Below, piece by piece: positions 48,666 through 63,350 of a stretch of DNA of 64,000 nucleotides. This DNA is from the human T2T-CHM13v2.0 reference genome, Homo sapiens. Location: assembly GCF_009914755.1 (NCBI RefSeq), contig NC_060933.1; one strand, given 5' to 3'. The notes beneath the pieces were generated by a model. It was given only the letters and a program-made list of their open reading frames with translations, was not told where the DNA came from and made no database searches. The first letter of the stretch is position 1; every line of letters starts with the position of its first letter. The translations under genes were made by a program, and so were the position numbers.

Positions 48666-51062
48666 GGCTCCATATCCTTTTGTTTCTCCAATTATTATTT
48701 CTACCTAGAATCCCAAAGGCACCAGCTTATTATCCCAGTTCACATATTTGCCTGTGTTTTACTCCATTTACTAAAAGTAGAAGGATATGTTATGATTGAG
48801 TGAAAAAACCAGGAAGAACATCCACTTTTCTTCTGCAGAGATTGTGCACCCTTAACAGAAACATCCTTCCTTCACACCACCCACCTAGTTTTTATGTTAC
48901 TAGCAGCATCCTTAAAGAACCAAATGAGACTCAAAAGCTACTCTGAGACTTATAGAAGCATTACACACAAGTAAGAAATGGCTGCTTGGGGACCCACCTG
49001 GTTGTGAATATAAAAAATAAACCCAGAAACTATATAGAGAGGAAAAAGGGACCTCTACAACCATGACCCAAGGGATCCCTGATATGTCATCATGTTACTG
49101 CTAAAAGGCAAATGGTAGTTAATTCTCTCTCAAGTCACTGTTGGTGAGTCAAGAGGGGAAGAGCATAAACTGACTCAGATGGAAAGTATTTATGGAACAG
49201 AACATAAAACACTTCACAGCCCCACACTGTACTGTCTTCAGCCCTCAGAATGTGTTGCAGCCAGGAGGTCTCTCAGAATATTTCAAAGTAGTTCTCAGGG
49301 GTAGGCGGGAAGGGGATTATTGAAGGTTCTTCTTTTCCCATCATTTGAATTTTGCTGCTGTTTGCTTTTCATTTCGTCTGGCAGTTGCACTGTTTATGTG
49401 TGTTGATTGAGATGGTGAAGGCCAGGGAGTCCGGGAGGGGAAGGAAGAGAACACTTTCTGAACATAGTGCAGAAAGGGGCAGACAGGGAGGCGTATGGGG
49501 TAATCATGTTCCCAAAGGGCGGGAAAAGGGGAAATGACTATTTATTGAGTTACTCTTCTGTACCAGGCACAGGATTAGGAGGTGTAAATGTATTCTCCAA
49601 AATATCAACTCCCCATTCTCCTTTGTCATTGCAAACCTGCCTAAACCACTCTGGGTGGCTATTTTGGAGGTTAAACTTCAGAGGTTAACAAGAGGAGATG
49701 GCATCACCTCTCTCCATTTGCAAAGGTTACAGAGAAAGGGCCATCAGACCTTTTGCATAATGCCAAGAAAATGCATGCCTAGCTGCTGGTTCTCACTAGT
49801 CTGAGGGTAGTCAGAACCAGGCTGGTGGGACTTAATTCCCAGTAGATGGAAACAGACCCTTCCTCTCACCTCGAACCAAGAGTAAGAGCAGTGTTTCTCA
49901 ACCTTTAAAAAAAAATGTATTGCTCATCCCCAGTGAGCTGTTTCAGATACGTTTATCCTAGTAGATCCTGCCTCCCGTGAAATTTTAATACCACAGATAT
50001 GCTCTATATCTGTTTCTGTATTATGGTCCTCTGTAAACAATTGTAGTAATCTGAAATTTTCTCATACACTAAGAACAAATTTTTTTGCCCCATAGGAGTG
50101 ATTGTGTCCCTACTGAGAATGCATGAATTAGAGGATCTCTATCCTACGTTTTGGAAGGACTTCATATCTGGAATTTAAAAATCAATTTACTATTATTAAC
50201 TGAAAACACACTATTTCCTCCTTTGTCCAGTGACATAAGACATCTCGAAAGAAGGAAGGGAGGGAGGAAACCAGTGTTAATAGAGCCCCTAACACCTTCC
50301 AAGCATTTTCACATCCATTTTCTCACTTATTACTCCTGAGTCTGGAAGATGGATATTTTAATTTTATTTTACAGGTGAACTTGGAGAGATTATGAATTTG
50401 CCCAAGGTTGCAAAAGTAAAGTGGCATGTTCCTGTCTCTCTGATTTTAAAACCCATATTGTTTCTATTCAGTGATGTCTTGGTAGCCCAGGCTCCTGTGG
50501 GTGATTATGGCCAGGCATCACGTAGTCATAGCGGATACCTTGATGTGATCAGAGCAGGAATAGGCCTGGCCCTGCCACCACAGCTGTATGATTTCTGAAA
50601 ATCTTGCTAAGGGGAAGGAACCCCTAAATTGCTTTACAATGTATTGCTCAAAATGGTAACAGAAACGGTAAATACTCTCCCATAATCCCATAACCTTGGC
50701 AAATCTACTGTTTTGATTTTTATCAGTTTCCTTCCTATCCTTCACCATTGTAGACATAACTTTTAGCATGCCTACATGTACTTGAAGTCTCTTTATTGGG
50801 CTTTCATACTTATCCTAGTTATCTATTTTTCCACTGAATGGCTATATCATAATTTATTAAAGCAGTTTCCTATTTTGAGTGTTTAGGTTTCTTCCAATTG
50901 TTTGCTGTTATAAATAATGTAATGAATCATTTTGGTAGGGAAAAAAGTATCATATGGGCCACTTGCTTGTGTTTCTTTGATAGCTTATGAGGTGGTATCT
51001 TATTCTAGAAGCCAAGGTTACTCTTAAAAGGTGCCCTTTAGCGCTGTCATTGACTCCACCCT

Positions 51063-51835
51063 TGTATTAGTCTGTACTTGCATTGCTATAAAGAAATACC
51101 TGACACTGGGTAATTTGGAAGAAAAGAGGTTTGGCTTTTTACCAAGCCAAACAGTAAAAACAGTAACCATTGGCTCATGGTTCTGCATGCCGTATAGGAA
51201 GCATCTGCTTTTGGGGAGGCCTGAGGGAGCTTTTACTCATGGCAGAAGGCAAAGTGGGAGCAGGCACTTTGCATGGTGAAAGCAGGAGCAGAAGAGTGAG
51301 GGGGGGCGGTGCTATACACTTTTTTTTTTTTTTTTTTTTTTTACTGTTTCATAATTTATTTATTTTTCCATGGAAATTATTTAACATTTTATTTTCTGAC
51401 AAAGCTCCTGTTTATTTTATTTTTTATTTTTTATTATACTTTAAGTTTTAGGGTACATGTGCACAACGTGCAGGTTAGTTACATATGTATACACGTGCCA
51501 TGTTGGTGTGCTGCACCCATTAACTCGTCATTTAACTTTAGGTATATCTCCTAATGCTATCCCTCCCCCCTCCCCCGGCAATTGAACAATGAGAACATAT
51601 GGAAACAGGAAGGGGAACATCACACACTGGGGCCTGTTATATACTTTCAAATGACCAGATTTCATCAGAACTCACTCGGTATCAGGAGGACAGCACCAAG
51701 GGGGATGGTACTAAACCATTCATGGGAAGTCACACTCATCAACCAATCACCTCCCACCAGGCCCCACCTCCAACACTGGGGATTACATTTCAGTATGAGA
51801 TTTGGGTGGGGACACTAATCCAAACTATATCAGCC
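51063..51835. mobile_element. MST-type LTR interrupted by an L1 insertion
   Basis: tgtattagtctg...ataaagaaatacctga start; cagtatgagatttgggtggggacac...atccaaactatatca end. Confidence 0.85.
51320..51638 (-). mobile_element. short L1PA (PA4/5-like) with 3' transduction and 5' inversion
   Basis: T23 tail, 68-bp unique segment, older tail, antisense L1 3'UTR 51431-51576, sense L1 segment 51577-51638. Confidence 0.88.
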
Positions 51836-51852
51836 ATATATAAAAATAATGA

Positions 51853-52161
<309 letters not shown>

Positions 52162-52843
52162 TAATTCATGCTGCTCCAGCCTCATCTGAGCAATAAGGGG
52201 CTACCGCCATGCAGACTTAGCTAACATCACTGCAGGACTATTGGAAATTATGAAAGAAAGTTAGTTGTGAGAGAAGGCTAATTAGTGCCCCCCACCTAAT
52301 CATTTTAATAACTTGCAATATATAACATATATTTGGATTTGCAATAATTCAGGCAGGTCTGTGCTAAAATTTACCTTCCCTTGGTGTGCAGTTGTTTATT
52401 TAGTAAATTAGTAACAAGAAGTTTTTCTAGGGCTTGTTGAACCATTTATGGGGTAGTTTTGAAGAATTATCATATATCTACATGTACACAGATGTCAGTT
52501 AATTCCAGATGGGTCTTACCTAACCATAAAAACCAAATAACTTTGCTTGAAACCCCTTGAAAACAGGTAATTTTAAAAGTTAAAAGATTTATCTAGGAGT
52601 AATAAAATCACTTTTTTTTTCCAAAGTATTTTGCATTTCAGGCTTCTCAATTTCAGATTGGTCATTTAAAATTAATGGGAATTTCTTGGGTTTCTTTGTA
52701 GTATTGAAAGTCTATTCATTACTAAACTAAGCAGAGAGTTTTATTTTGATTCACTGAAATTAGAACTGTGTGCATTTGGAACCCTTGGAAAGGTAAACTA
52801 TTTCTTGGCCACACACAACTACCACTGAAGTCAGGATCATGTG

Positions 52844-52921
52844 GTCTATGGCCTTACCACCCTGAACACACTGGATCTCATTGATCCTGGAAGCTAAGCA
52901 GGGTCAGGCCTGGATGGGAGA
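52844..52921 (+). pseudogene. 5S rRNA retropseudogene, 3'-truncated at about nt 90, 11-nt internal deletion
   Basis: GTCTATGGCCTTACCACCCTGAACACACTGGATCTCATTGATCCTGGAAGCTAAGCAGGGTCAGGCCTGGATGGGAGA aligns to human 5S nt 1-90. It may be the annotated RNA5SP280 (recollection, not verified). Confidence 0.9.
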
Positions 52922-53367
52922 TTATGTGGTCCCTTGCCACCTCCCAGAGTCTGAGGCTGTCTTTGCAGCTGGTTCTCCACTTCCTCAGGAACAGGTGTGG
53001 AAGCTGGCTCAGTGTTTCTTTGGCCACTCTTTTATTGCATCAGTGACTTATGAAAGTCTGAATTGTTTTGTCAGTGTTTAGGAATTCTTCATATATAATG
53101 TTTAATTCTGTGAAATTTCCAAGGTGCAGAATCATGCTAACAGTAACACAACGAACAATCACATTCCTCCCATCCAGAATTAACAACTGTTAACATTTTG
53201 TCATATTTGCTTTCAGCATTTGTTGTTGACTTATGTAATAACCCACTACAGGTGTATCAGTATCTCCTGCAACTGTTATCCCTATCTATTTCTATTCCCC
53301 TCTCCCAAGAGACAACCAAAATTATGAGTTTGTTAAGTATATTTTAATTTAATGTTGTATGTATATA

Positions 53368-53666
<299 letters not shown>

Positions 53667-54197
53667 TAATTTTAATATCTCTGAAAGTATACACATGCAT
53701 ACATATCATTCTTCATTTTTTGAATGGACATTATGAATTTTATCGATCCATGTTTATTTAGCTTTGATGCATGTAATTTTAACTTCTGTATAATATTCTA
53801 TCTTATGAATGTATCTTGTCATTCATCCTCTCCCTTTTAGAGGGAGATGTAGGTTTTTTCATTTTTTACTATCATGAACAAAATGCAATGCCCATTCTTA
53901 TGCATGTCTCCATGTGCATAGACAGGTGTGAGAGTTTTTCTAGGAACAAGTCCGGTGGTGGAACTCATGGGCTATTTCCCTCTAAAGTGGTTAGTCAGTG
54001 TGTACTATGTTCAGGAGTGTATGACAGTGCCATTTTCCTTATACCCATCTCTATGTCTATATCCTTTCCCTATATCACTCGATAGTGTCACACCTTTTTA
54101 CTTTGCGTATCTCAAAAGCAAAATATGGTGCCTCATTGTTAATTTCAATTTTGATTTCCTTGATAGCTAGCAAAGGTGAGCATCTTTTTATGTTAAT

Positions 54198-54263
54198 TGT
54201 CCTCTTTTTTGATATACTTATTGATATACTGGATGTCCTCTTTTTTGATATACTTATTGATAT
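54198..54263. repeat. tandem duplication, 30-bp perfect unit, period 36
   Basis: TGTCCTCTTTTTTGATATACTTATTGATAT at 54198 and 54234. Confidence 0.9.
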
Positions 54264-57200
54264 CCTTTGCTCATTTGGAATAGGTTGTCTTTCTTACTGA
54301 TTTGTAAAAATTATTTGTGTAATCTAAATACTTTGTTATGTGTATTGCAAATATGTTCTCCTAATCCCTTTATTGTAACCTTGTTTGTGGTGGCTTTTAA
54401 CCCACAGACACTTGACATTTTGATGCAGCTGGACCTGTCAGTATTTGCCTGTGTGATTTATACTTTTTGCATTTTGGAATTATTCCCTATCCCAAGGTCA
54501 TAAACATATTCTCTGTGTTTTTCCTAGTAGTTCTAGTGTTGTTTTGTGTATTTAGGTCTTTAAGATATAAAAATGTTATTTTGGGGTGCAGTATATTTTA
54601 ATATTTTTATTTTAATCTTATTTATTCACATATGGCATGTCAGTGGTCCCAATGCCACGTATTGAGTAGTCCCCATGGTGAGTTGTGATGATTTCTGTAT
54701 CATATGCCAGGTTCTCATATTCATTTTGCATCTATTTCTGGATGTTCTGTTCCCTTCCATTGATCTGTTTGTTCCTGTACCATTTCCAGCATATTAACTA
54801 TAAACTTGTGAAATGTCAGTAACTATGGGATGAATCACTATTTCCTATTTCAAAATTATCTGAGGTGCTCACTCACCTAAACTACATAAGTTTCATCCTC
54901 ATTAGAATGATACACTCTCAAAATCACACTATCATTATCATATTTATAGGATTAAACAAAAACTAGTTAATAGTCACTGGGAGTCGACTTGCCTTGGATG
55001 ATTGTATGAAGTTTGATGGAGGGTCAATGCTGGTGGTGGTAGTAGGGATGTGAGATTGGCAGGGTAGGAGTTGATCCCTATAGGGTCAGGAAATCCGAGG
55101 AAGGAGGATGTGAATGAGAACATCTCATTTTTACCTGAAAATATTTGTTAATATGCTGTGTTGTCATTGATCATGTATGTTCATAAGTAAAATTAATACT
55201 TCCAGTTATAAAGTTTGTGTTGGTTTCCAGCCTAGCAATTACATCTGGTCCAGGGGTAAGAAGTGGAGTGAATTAGATTTGGCGTATCACCCCAATCATA
55301 TGTTAAAAATAATATATGTGTGTTATGTTTTCCTGTTGGAAAACATTTACATGGGGAGTATTTGACCCTTACAATGACTTTTTGAGGAAAGTAGAGTAAG
55401 AATGATTATCACAGTTAACAGATGAGGAACCTGAGGCACAGAGGAGGGTAAGTGACTTGCCCAAAATTATGGAACTAGTACGGCATGGGGATTAGGATTC
55501 TAATCCACATTTTAGTTCTATTTTTCCCCCCACCATGCTACAAATGTCTTGCACTTGTCTCTTTGGATGGGCGACCCACTGCTTCAAAGCAACTATGCTT
55601 CTAGAGGTTCTTTAAGTAGTGATATCCCGTTTCTAAATTGTTTAAGGTCTGATTAGTGTTTCCTAAAGCATTTTAGAATCTATTGTAGAGTCACCCAGAG
55701 AACCTGCTAAAATGTAGATTGCTGGGTCCAGACCCGCTGAATTTAAATCAAAGGTTTATTGAGCTATCCCTAAGAATGACTCCTTTCAGGCATAAAATGG
55801 TAAGTTGGTAGATGCAAATTTATGATTTTTAGTTGGCACAAAAATTATATTCATTATTTTTCTAACAAGCTTCTAAAAGACACTGCTGCTTTTTGTGACA
55901 GGCTTAGAAGACCACTGGTTTATGAAGTTGAATTTTTTGAGCCACAACTATACAAATATTAACTATGTGATCATAGTAATCTGAAAATGTTGGTATTTCT
56001 ATTACTCCTTCAATCTCATGTGGGAAGAAAGGCTATTGTATATTTTTATAAAAATATACAAAAGACTTGGTACTGGATGTAAAGAAAGTTAAGACATACT
56101 GTTGATTAATTGTGATTTTTGGATACTGTACCATCTGCTAGACATAGAACATAACAATCAGATTTGGAAGGTTCTAAATCCAATACCTAATTCTCATAAA
56201 TTGCCACAGTCCCCTAAAGAGTAACAAGGGGGAGTCAACATAATGAAAAGAAGAAATTTAAAATAGAAAGGATGTACCTTGAGATACTTCTCAAAGGTTC
56301 TAAATTGTTTATAAGCAGTAACTTTCATGTGGAAAAACAATGGTGTATGGAATGAAACAGCCTATGTCTACTATTCGCCTACTGGGACAAGTACAAACCC
56401 CTTAAACTTTTGAAGTCTCAGTTTTCTCATCTCTAAAATGTGGATCATAAAAAATCTCAGTACTGTGTGGTTATACAAGTCAAGAGAGTGTCTGCATGTG
56501 GAAGCACATTGTAAATAGCCTCATAAATGTAAGGTACAGTTACTATTAAGGACAAGAGCTCGAATCCATTCTTTTCCTGGATCAAATAGGCTTAGCCTTT
56601 ATTGGATCACGAACTTCCCTTCTAGCCTGTGCCCTTTAGAGTTTGAGTGAGAATGTAGTGATGCTGCGGTGCCTGTCATCTTCACATGTGGAAAACCTCA
56701 AGGCATCTCTTTCTCATCCTGCCCGTGTCCCTGAATGGAATGTGATTCCACTTTTCCCCAAATCCCTATAATACTTTGTCTACTAAAAGTTATTAGCACA
56801 TTTTCTCATGTATACACTGACCTGCCTGCTGCTCCATAAATTGAGGGCAAGGACTGACCACATGACACTAAGACTATGGACTACAGAGCCAGACTGCCAG
56901 GAGTTGAATCTTGTTTCTTCTACTTAACAGTAGTGTCACCATGGCTAAGTCACTTAATCTCTCCAGACCTCAGCACTTACAGAAAGATTGCTATGAAGAG
57001 GAAGTGAGTTAATATATACAAGAGACTAGATCAATGCCTGCCATATTGTAAGCACTATATAAATGCCAGCCCTCAGAAGCTTTCCATTCTTCCCAGCATC
57101 AAGAATAGTAAGTACAGGTTTGTGGAATAACAGAATTTCTAAGGCCTTCATTTAGTGTCAAGATGACAGATAGATGATATGTGTTGCCATTTCTCTGTCT

Positions 57201-57369
57201 GTGCCACTCTTTCAAGTCTGCGTGGAGTCCAGTAGCCACTACCAATTGATTGGGGTACCATATGAGAAAACATTTGTTTGCCTTATATGAGCTGACATGA
57301 ACTCTATCTCAAAAGCATAATGATCTAGGCCATGGTAGTATATCTTAAGTGAATCTTTTTTCTTTTTAA

Positions 57370-57702
<333 letters not shown>

Positions 57703-57710
57703 TAGGATTA

Positions 57711-57768
57711 CCGTGCAGCCCTATAGGCAGCTGGTTTATCAGGACAGGCCTGTGAGATGAAAGCCTAT
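57711..57768 (+). repeat. 58-bp local direct repeat, copy A
   Basis: 52/58 identical to 60950-61007, no gaps (aligned by hand). Confidence 0.9.
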
Positions 57769-59430
57769 GAAAAGTCGGTGGTTGAATGGACAGGCATTTA
57801 CAGAGAGGTCCTTAATATCAAAATGCCTCTGAGAAGGATCCCTGTTGGTCCGTTTTCTATTATTGAACCTTAGAATAGATCAGTCTATCAGCATACCCCA
57901 TCCAGCAATCTAAGAAGAAAGCTCTGAGGAATATGAATTTTAATTCCTAGGAGAAAGAAGAATGTGGGAGCTGCTTATAGAAGGCAAGCTATGCAAGAGC
58001 TCCAGTAGGAGGCTCCAAGAACCATGCTCCATTCTTCCTCAAACACTCCTTTTTTTAGCTTGGATGACATTGTGCAATTCTGAGTCTTCTTCTACTTTAC
58101 TGATGCAGGTTATTCCATGTCCACCACTAACCCCAACCCCAGGAAAAGTATGTGATTTGAGCTAGATAGAGATCCTCTCTGGATGCCATACTGTGCCCAC
58201 CATTTGTGATTGATAAAGTCTGTTGAGTGTAATTAAGTGAACAAGGGTCCCATGTGGGTGGAGCTGCAGCAGGAGGATTGACTTCAAGTCTGTGCAGAGG
58301 CACCTCCCGGCTCTCTGTGTTGTGTACAATGTGTGCCAGAGAATGTAGATGGAGGCACGTTAGAGGCAAGTTTTGAAAATTTATGATTTGGATTACAGTC
58401 TGTTTTTAAAGAAAATACTATAACTAAATCTGAAAACTTCTTGGTTCTCTTGGAGGATTACCTAGACCTTAAGAAACAAAATCAAACAAGTCGCTTTAAC
58501 AGTGCTGATTCTTTGGAACATTTTTGAAATGCTCAAGGAATGAAGAGTCTGCCAAATATAGAAAATCATGGTTTTCAGGTCACACTCTTAGTGAATGCCC
58601 CATTTTTGTAATTACTTGTGTTTTGGCGAAATGTAACTTCCTAAATTCAAGCTATACATAAAATACCAAGAGAAAACTTTTAAAACAAGACAAAACCAAA
58701 AGTTTCTCACCATTCTAGACATCTCTGTATCTGTACATATATAGAGATAGAAGAAAAGATAAATGAGAAGAGAGGGATACTTTTAAGAGGACGAGATCAT
58801 GTTCTATGTGCTATTGCTAATAAAAATATATCGAGTTTAATTTTATTTAAATAAGGAAAAGAAATAGATTTGACCATAGTCTTTAATAGTTTATTTTGAC
58901 CTGAGCCCTAAATTTAATTTTTCCTCTGTCTTTTCCTGTCTTCCTCCCTCCCTCTCTCTCTTCTTCTATTGGGTATCATTAGGTTTTCTTCATTAACTCA
59001 TTAAAACAAGACAAACAAAACAAAATACCTGATAGACTGTAAGCTCTTAGCATCATTGAACTTTAAAGCATTTCTAGGTGGGGAAATTGAGGTTTAGGGA
59101 GGTTTAGTCACTCTCTCAAAGTTATACCTGTAGTAATTCTCCCTATTATTCAACATTGTTCATTTGCTTGGGATTCTACTTGGAAATAAAAGTTGAACAA
59201 ATGACAACTAATGATTAGCATATTGCTAATTGTAACAGCACTTTTGCATGTTTTTTTTTTTTTTAATCTTATTACAACCCTGTGAGTCAGACTCATCTCC
59301 ACTGAGTTTGGAATATAAATGAGTAGCCCGAGGTCATATAGTGGTTAGGTGGCAGGGTTAAGGCTGCTGTTAAGTTCCCATTACACTGTGTCTTCTCCCA
59401 CATACGGTGTGGGTCTGTTTCTCTATGTAA

Positions 59431-59646
<216 letters not shown>

Positions 59647-60949
59647 TAATAAGGGCAAGTCCAAGTACAGGCAGAACCTTCACTTTAAAGATATGGACCA
59701 GGAAATTTACTTATAAAGTAAATATTTCCCTTAGGCAAGCCTCATCTTCTCTTTGGCTTTCATTATGAAATGGGAGATAAAAAGTATGACTTTTTAATTT
59801 CTTATCCAAACCAGAACAATTTTGAGAGTGAAAAGGGTGCTCTTAGTAAATTATGCAGGAAACTAGGTCTGCCCCTGCCTGCTGAAATGAGACATATGGT
59901 CATCCTAGTAGTAAGTCCCCAGAGATGATATCTTGCAACAGAATAAATTGAACATTTTTGGTAAGGAAGGACAGAGGGTAACCAGACCTCAGTGAGATAG
60001 GTAATGACGTAATATATTAGACAAGTTTTCCTCACATTTGCCTATTTCCAGTTCCCATTTCTTTCTAGTAAGTCCCTCAATCTTATCACCCCTCGTATGT
60101 GTAAGAATTGTATATACCTGTGTGTGTCTTCCATTCCTGTGTACCCTCAGTCTGAAGTCAGAGTTCCTGGCACTTGGTACTGCCTCATTTTTTTTTTCAT
60201 CTAGGAATTCTAACCAGTAGCAAAGGCCTATAAAAATCACACTTTACCAAGAGGCATCTTATTTGAGTTCTTTTGGTATACTAAAGCCTGAAAATGTATC
60301 TAGTTTGTGGGTTCAGGCCCTGTAAAATTAATTTGAACCAGACTTTATCAATTCTGTATATAATGCATTGAGTGCAATGATTCAAATGAGGTGTACCCCA
60401 TGTGCATGAGTCCCCGAGTTTCCCTTCCACGGAGGACAAGAGGAACTTCACTATCTGACTCCATGCCAGAGCTGGCTCAATTCAGGCTGTCGCTGGAGAA
60501 GAAGGGCCAGCAAGGGGGTTGGGAGTGCTGAGCCTGTCAAAATACCGGTGCTTTTTCATGGTAGCACCAGCAGCTATTTGAATTCAGGAGAAAGAGATAC
60601 TGTGTTGGGTTTGGCTCTAAGCTTCAATCATCTTGTGGCCAGAGTGGACTTAGAGATTCTAAGCCTTACTACGAGAGAGAAAGAGTGTGCACTAAAAATA
60701 GAGTAGGATCAAGATAATGCTAAGAAAGCTCTCACTGAGGCGCATCCTGTGGCTGCCCCACATAGGCTCTCCAAGTTAGTTTCCAAACCAGAACTGAACG
60801 CTTGCTCATTTCACAACACTGTAGGGAACTCACGTACAACTAACGCAAGGATGGCAAACACATGGAATATGTACTGTTACTCCTTCCTCCGTCACCCTTT
60901 ACAGACATTGCTAATCAACAGGCTTTTCTGGGGAGGCCCAGAATTGTGC

Positions 60950-61007
60950 CCGTGCAGCCCTGTGGGCAGCTGGTTTATCAGGGCAGTCCTGTGTGATGAA
61001 AACCTAT
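60950..61007 (+). repeat. 58-bp local direct repeat, copy B
   Basis: 52/58 identical to 57711-57768. Confidence 0.9.
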
Positions 61008-61126
61008 TTCCCTTTCCAGTCTAGAATTAAATACAGTATTTCTTTTTTCATCTGGTGTGGATGCCAACCAGAAGACATTATGCCCCTTAGAATTATGAAA
61101 AATCCTGACACAAAATGATGAAATAA

Positions 61127-61366
<240 letters not shown>

Positions 61367-61639
61367 TAGAGTCAGCATTGCGTGAGGGTGTGGAGAAAAC
61401 TTGATTTCCTGCTCATTCTTTCCTCTATGGTCTTACAAAAAATTGGCATGGTATCAGACATAGCTGTTATTTGCAACTGAAGGTTATGCTTCCTTTGAAG
61501 TTGAGCCTGTGATAGTCAGGATATCAATACAAAGGCAGGAGCCATTTAAACATCACTGTCTTGATTCATTGGGATGAGATACTATAGATTCTTGGTCATA
61601 TATGGCTAACTTTTGCGGAGCATCATTGTTTCTCTTAAA

Positions 61640-61822
61640 GCAGTGCTTCTCCAAATTGAGTGTGCATCAGAATCACCTGGAAGGCTTGTTTAAAAACAGG
61701 CTGTTGGGCCCTACCCCACAATTTCTGACTCAGTCTAGGGCAGGGCCAGAGAATCTGCATTTTTCATTAGTTTTCCAGTGATGCTATCTTGTGGGTTTGG
61801 GGACCACATTTTGCAAACCACA
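61640..61822. mobile_element. MER5A (related copies near 14980-15150, 26645-26778, 28115-28265, 47800-47985)
   Basis: cagtgcttctc...tgcatcagaatcacctggaaggcttgtt...gaatctgcattt...ggaccacattttg...aaccac. Confidence 0.75.
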
Positions 61823-63350
61823 GTCTTCATAGGTTAACTGTATATAAGTTCCTGGGGACACTGTTAGAAATGCATTCACTTGGGTTTCTTCTACTCCTTG
61901 ACTACATCTGAGTTTCTTGGGTAGCATATGAAAATCTGTGTTCTTAAGTGGCTTTCTCAATGGTTCCTCTGTACACTCAGGTTTGCAGAGAAAACCACTG
62001 ACTTAAGGTCATAAGAACTAAATCTTTTCCAGCTTTGTTCATCTCAAGACTGTTTGGTACCTGCCCATCTAATAATATTTGATAATATCTTCAGAGAAAG
62101 CAGCATGACTAGTTCACTGGCAAATTAGCTAGCTGTCTTCTCTTCTGCATGAAAGAGCAGTTTGTATAAGACTTGACTGTGAGGCTGCACTATTGATTTT
62201 ACAAAATACAGGCTTGGAATGTGGTGCATTAAAGCAGAGAATATGATGAACTATTATCATTGTGCAGCTCCATCTTAAGAGCTCTCTAAGGATGCTGGCA
62301 GATTTTTCTTTTTTTTTGGACCACACTATTGAATCTATGAATTACCTCTAAATCTTATTAAATCATCTCTGCTTTCTGCATTGTTAGGAAGACTAACAAA
62401 ACAAAATATTATCTATGATTAGAAACAGCAATATGTTTCTTTAAAAACAATACAAACTACTTGCAAAACAGCCACAAATCCCTTTTCTGTTTTGCTACTT
62501 TAGTCACAGGGAGTTTTGGGGAGCAGTGAGGATAGTGAGAGGAGAGGGGTGTAGAATCTTATGAAGGCAGTTTTTATTGGGATCTATTGTGAGCCTGATT
62601 TTCTACCTTGTGCCCATGTGAAGAGGGAAAATAGCTTAATAAGGCACCAGGGCAGATAAATCCTGCAGGCAAAGCAGTGCATCCAAAGAAGGGCAGTTAC
62701 TGAAGTGGACAACCTCACTATAAAGAACTTTAAAAAAATATTCCCAAGATATTGACCCTCCATGAGGCTTCTGTAGTATGAACAGAGCACTTGACTTATG
62801 AGTACCATTATTCCCTCATGAGATGATTGTCACAGTTTCTAAGCATGAGCAGCCATGTTTATGGCCACCAGCACCTCACTCCTTTCCTTGCCACCCAATG
62901 TGTGTTTTTTTTTTTAAAGCAGCCATAGCTCATTGTCCCTGACTCAAGACTGATCAGTTTATGCACCAACCAATAGCCTTCTCTTCATTCTGGTGCCTGC
63001 TGTGTTCTCCCTCTGGTTAAAGTGCTAGTGGAGAGACAAGGCAAAAAGAATAGAAGCAGATGCAACTCAGTTTCCTGATTCCCATGCAACTTCCATAAGA
63101 TACCATTTGGATTTGATTTGTTTAGCTCAATCAACCAGATTGAGACTGGTTTGTAAAAAATAAGTTACAGTTAGTGAACAAAGAGGCATGCATTATTGGT
63201 GATGTTTCATGGAAACTTTGGTTCTATTCCTCAGTTGTCTCTGGATGGTAGATTTAGCTGGAAGAGCTAAAATCTAAAAGATGATACAGCTCCACCTCTA
63301 CCAAGTCATTTACCTGAGGATCTGGGAGCTTCAACAAGAAAACTTTAGAG

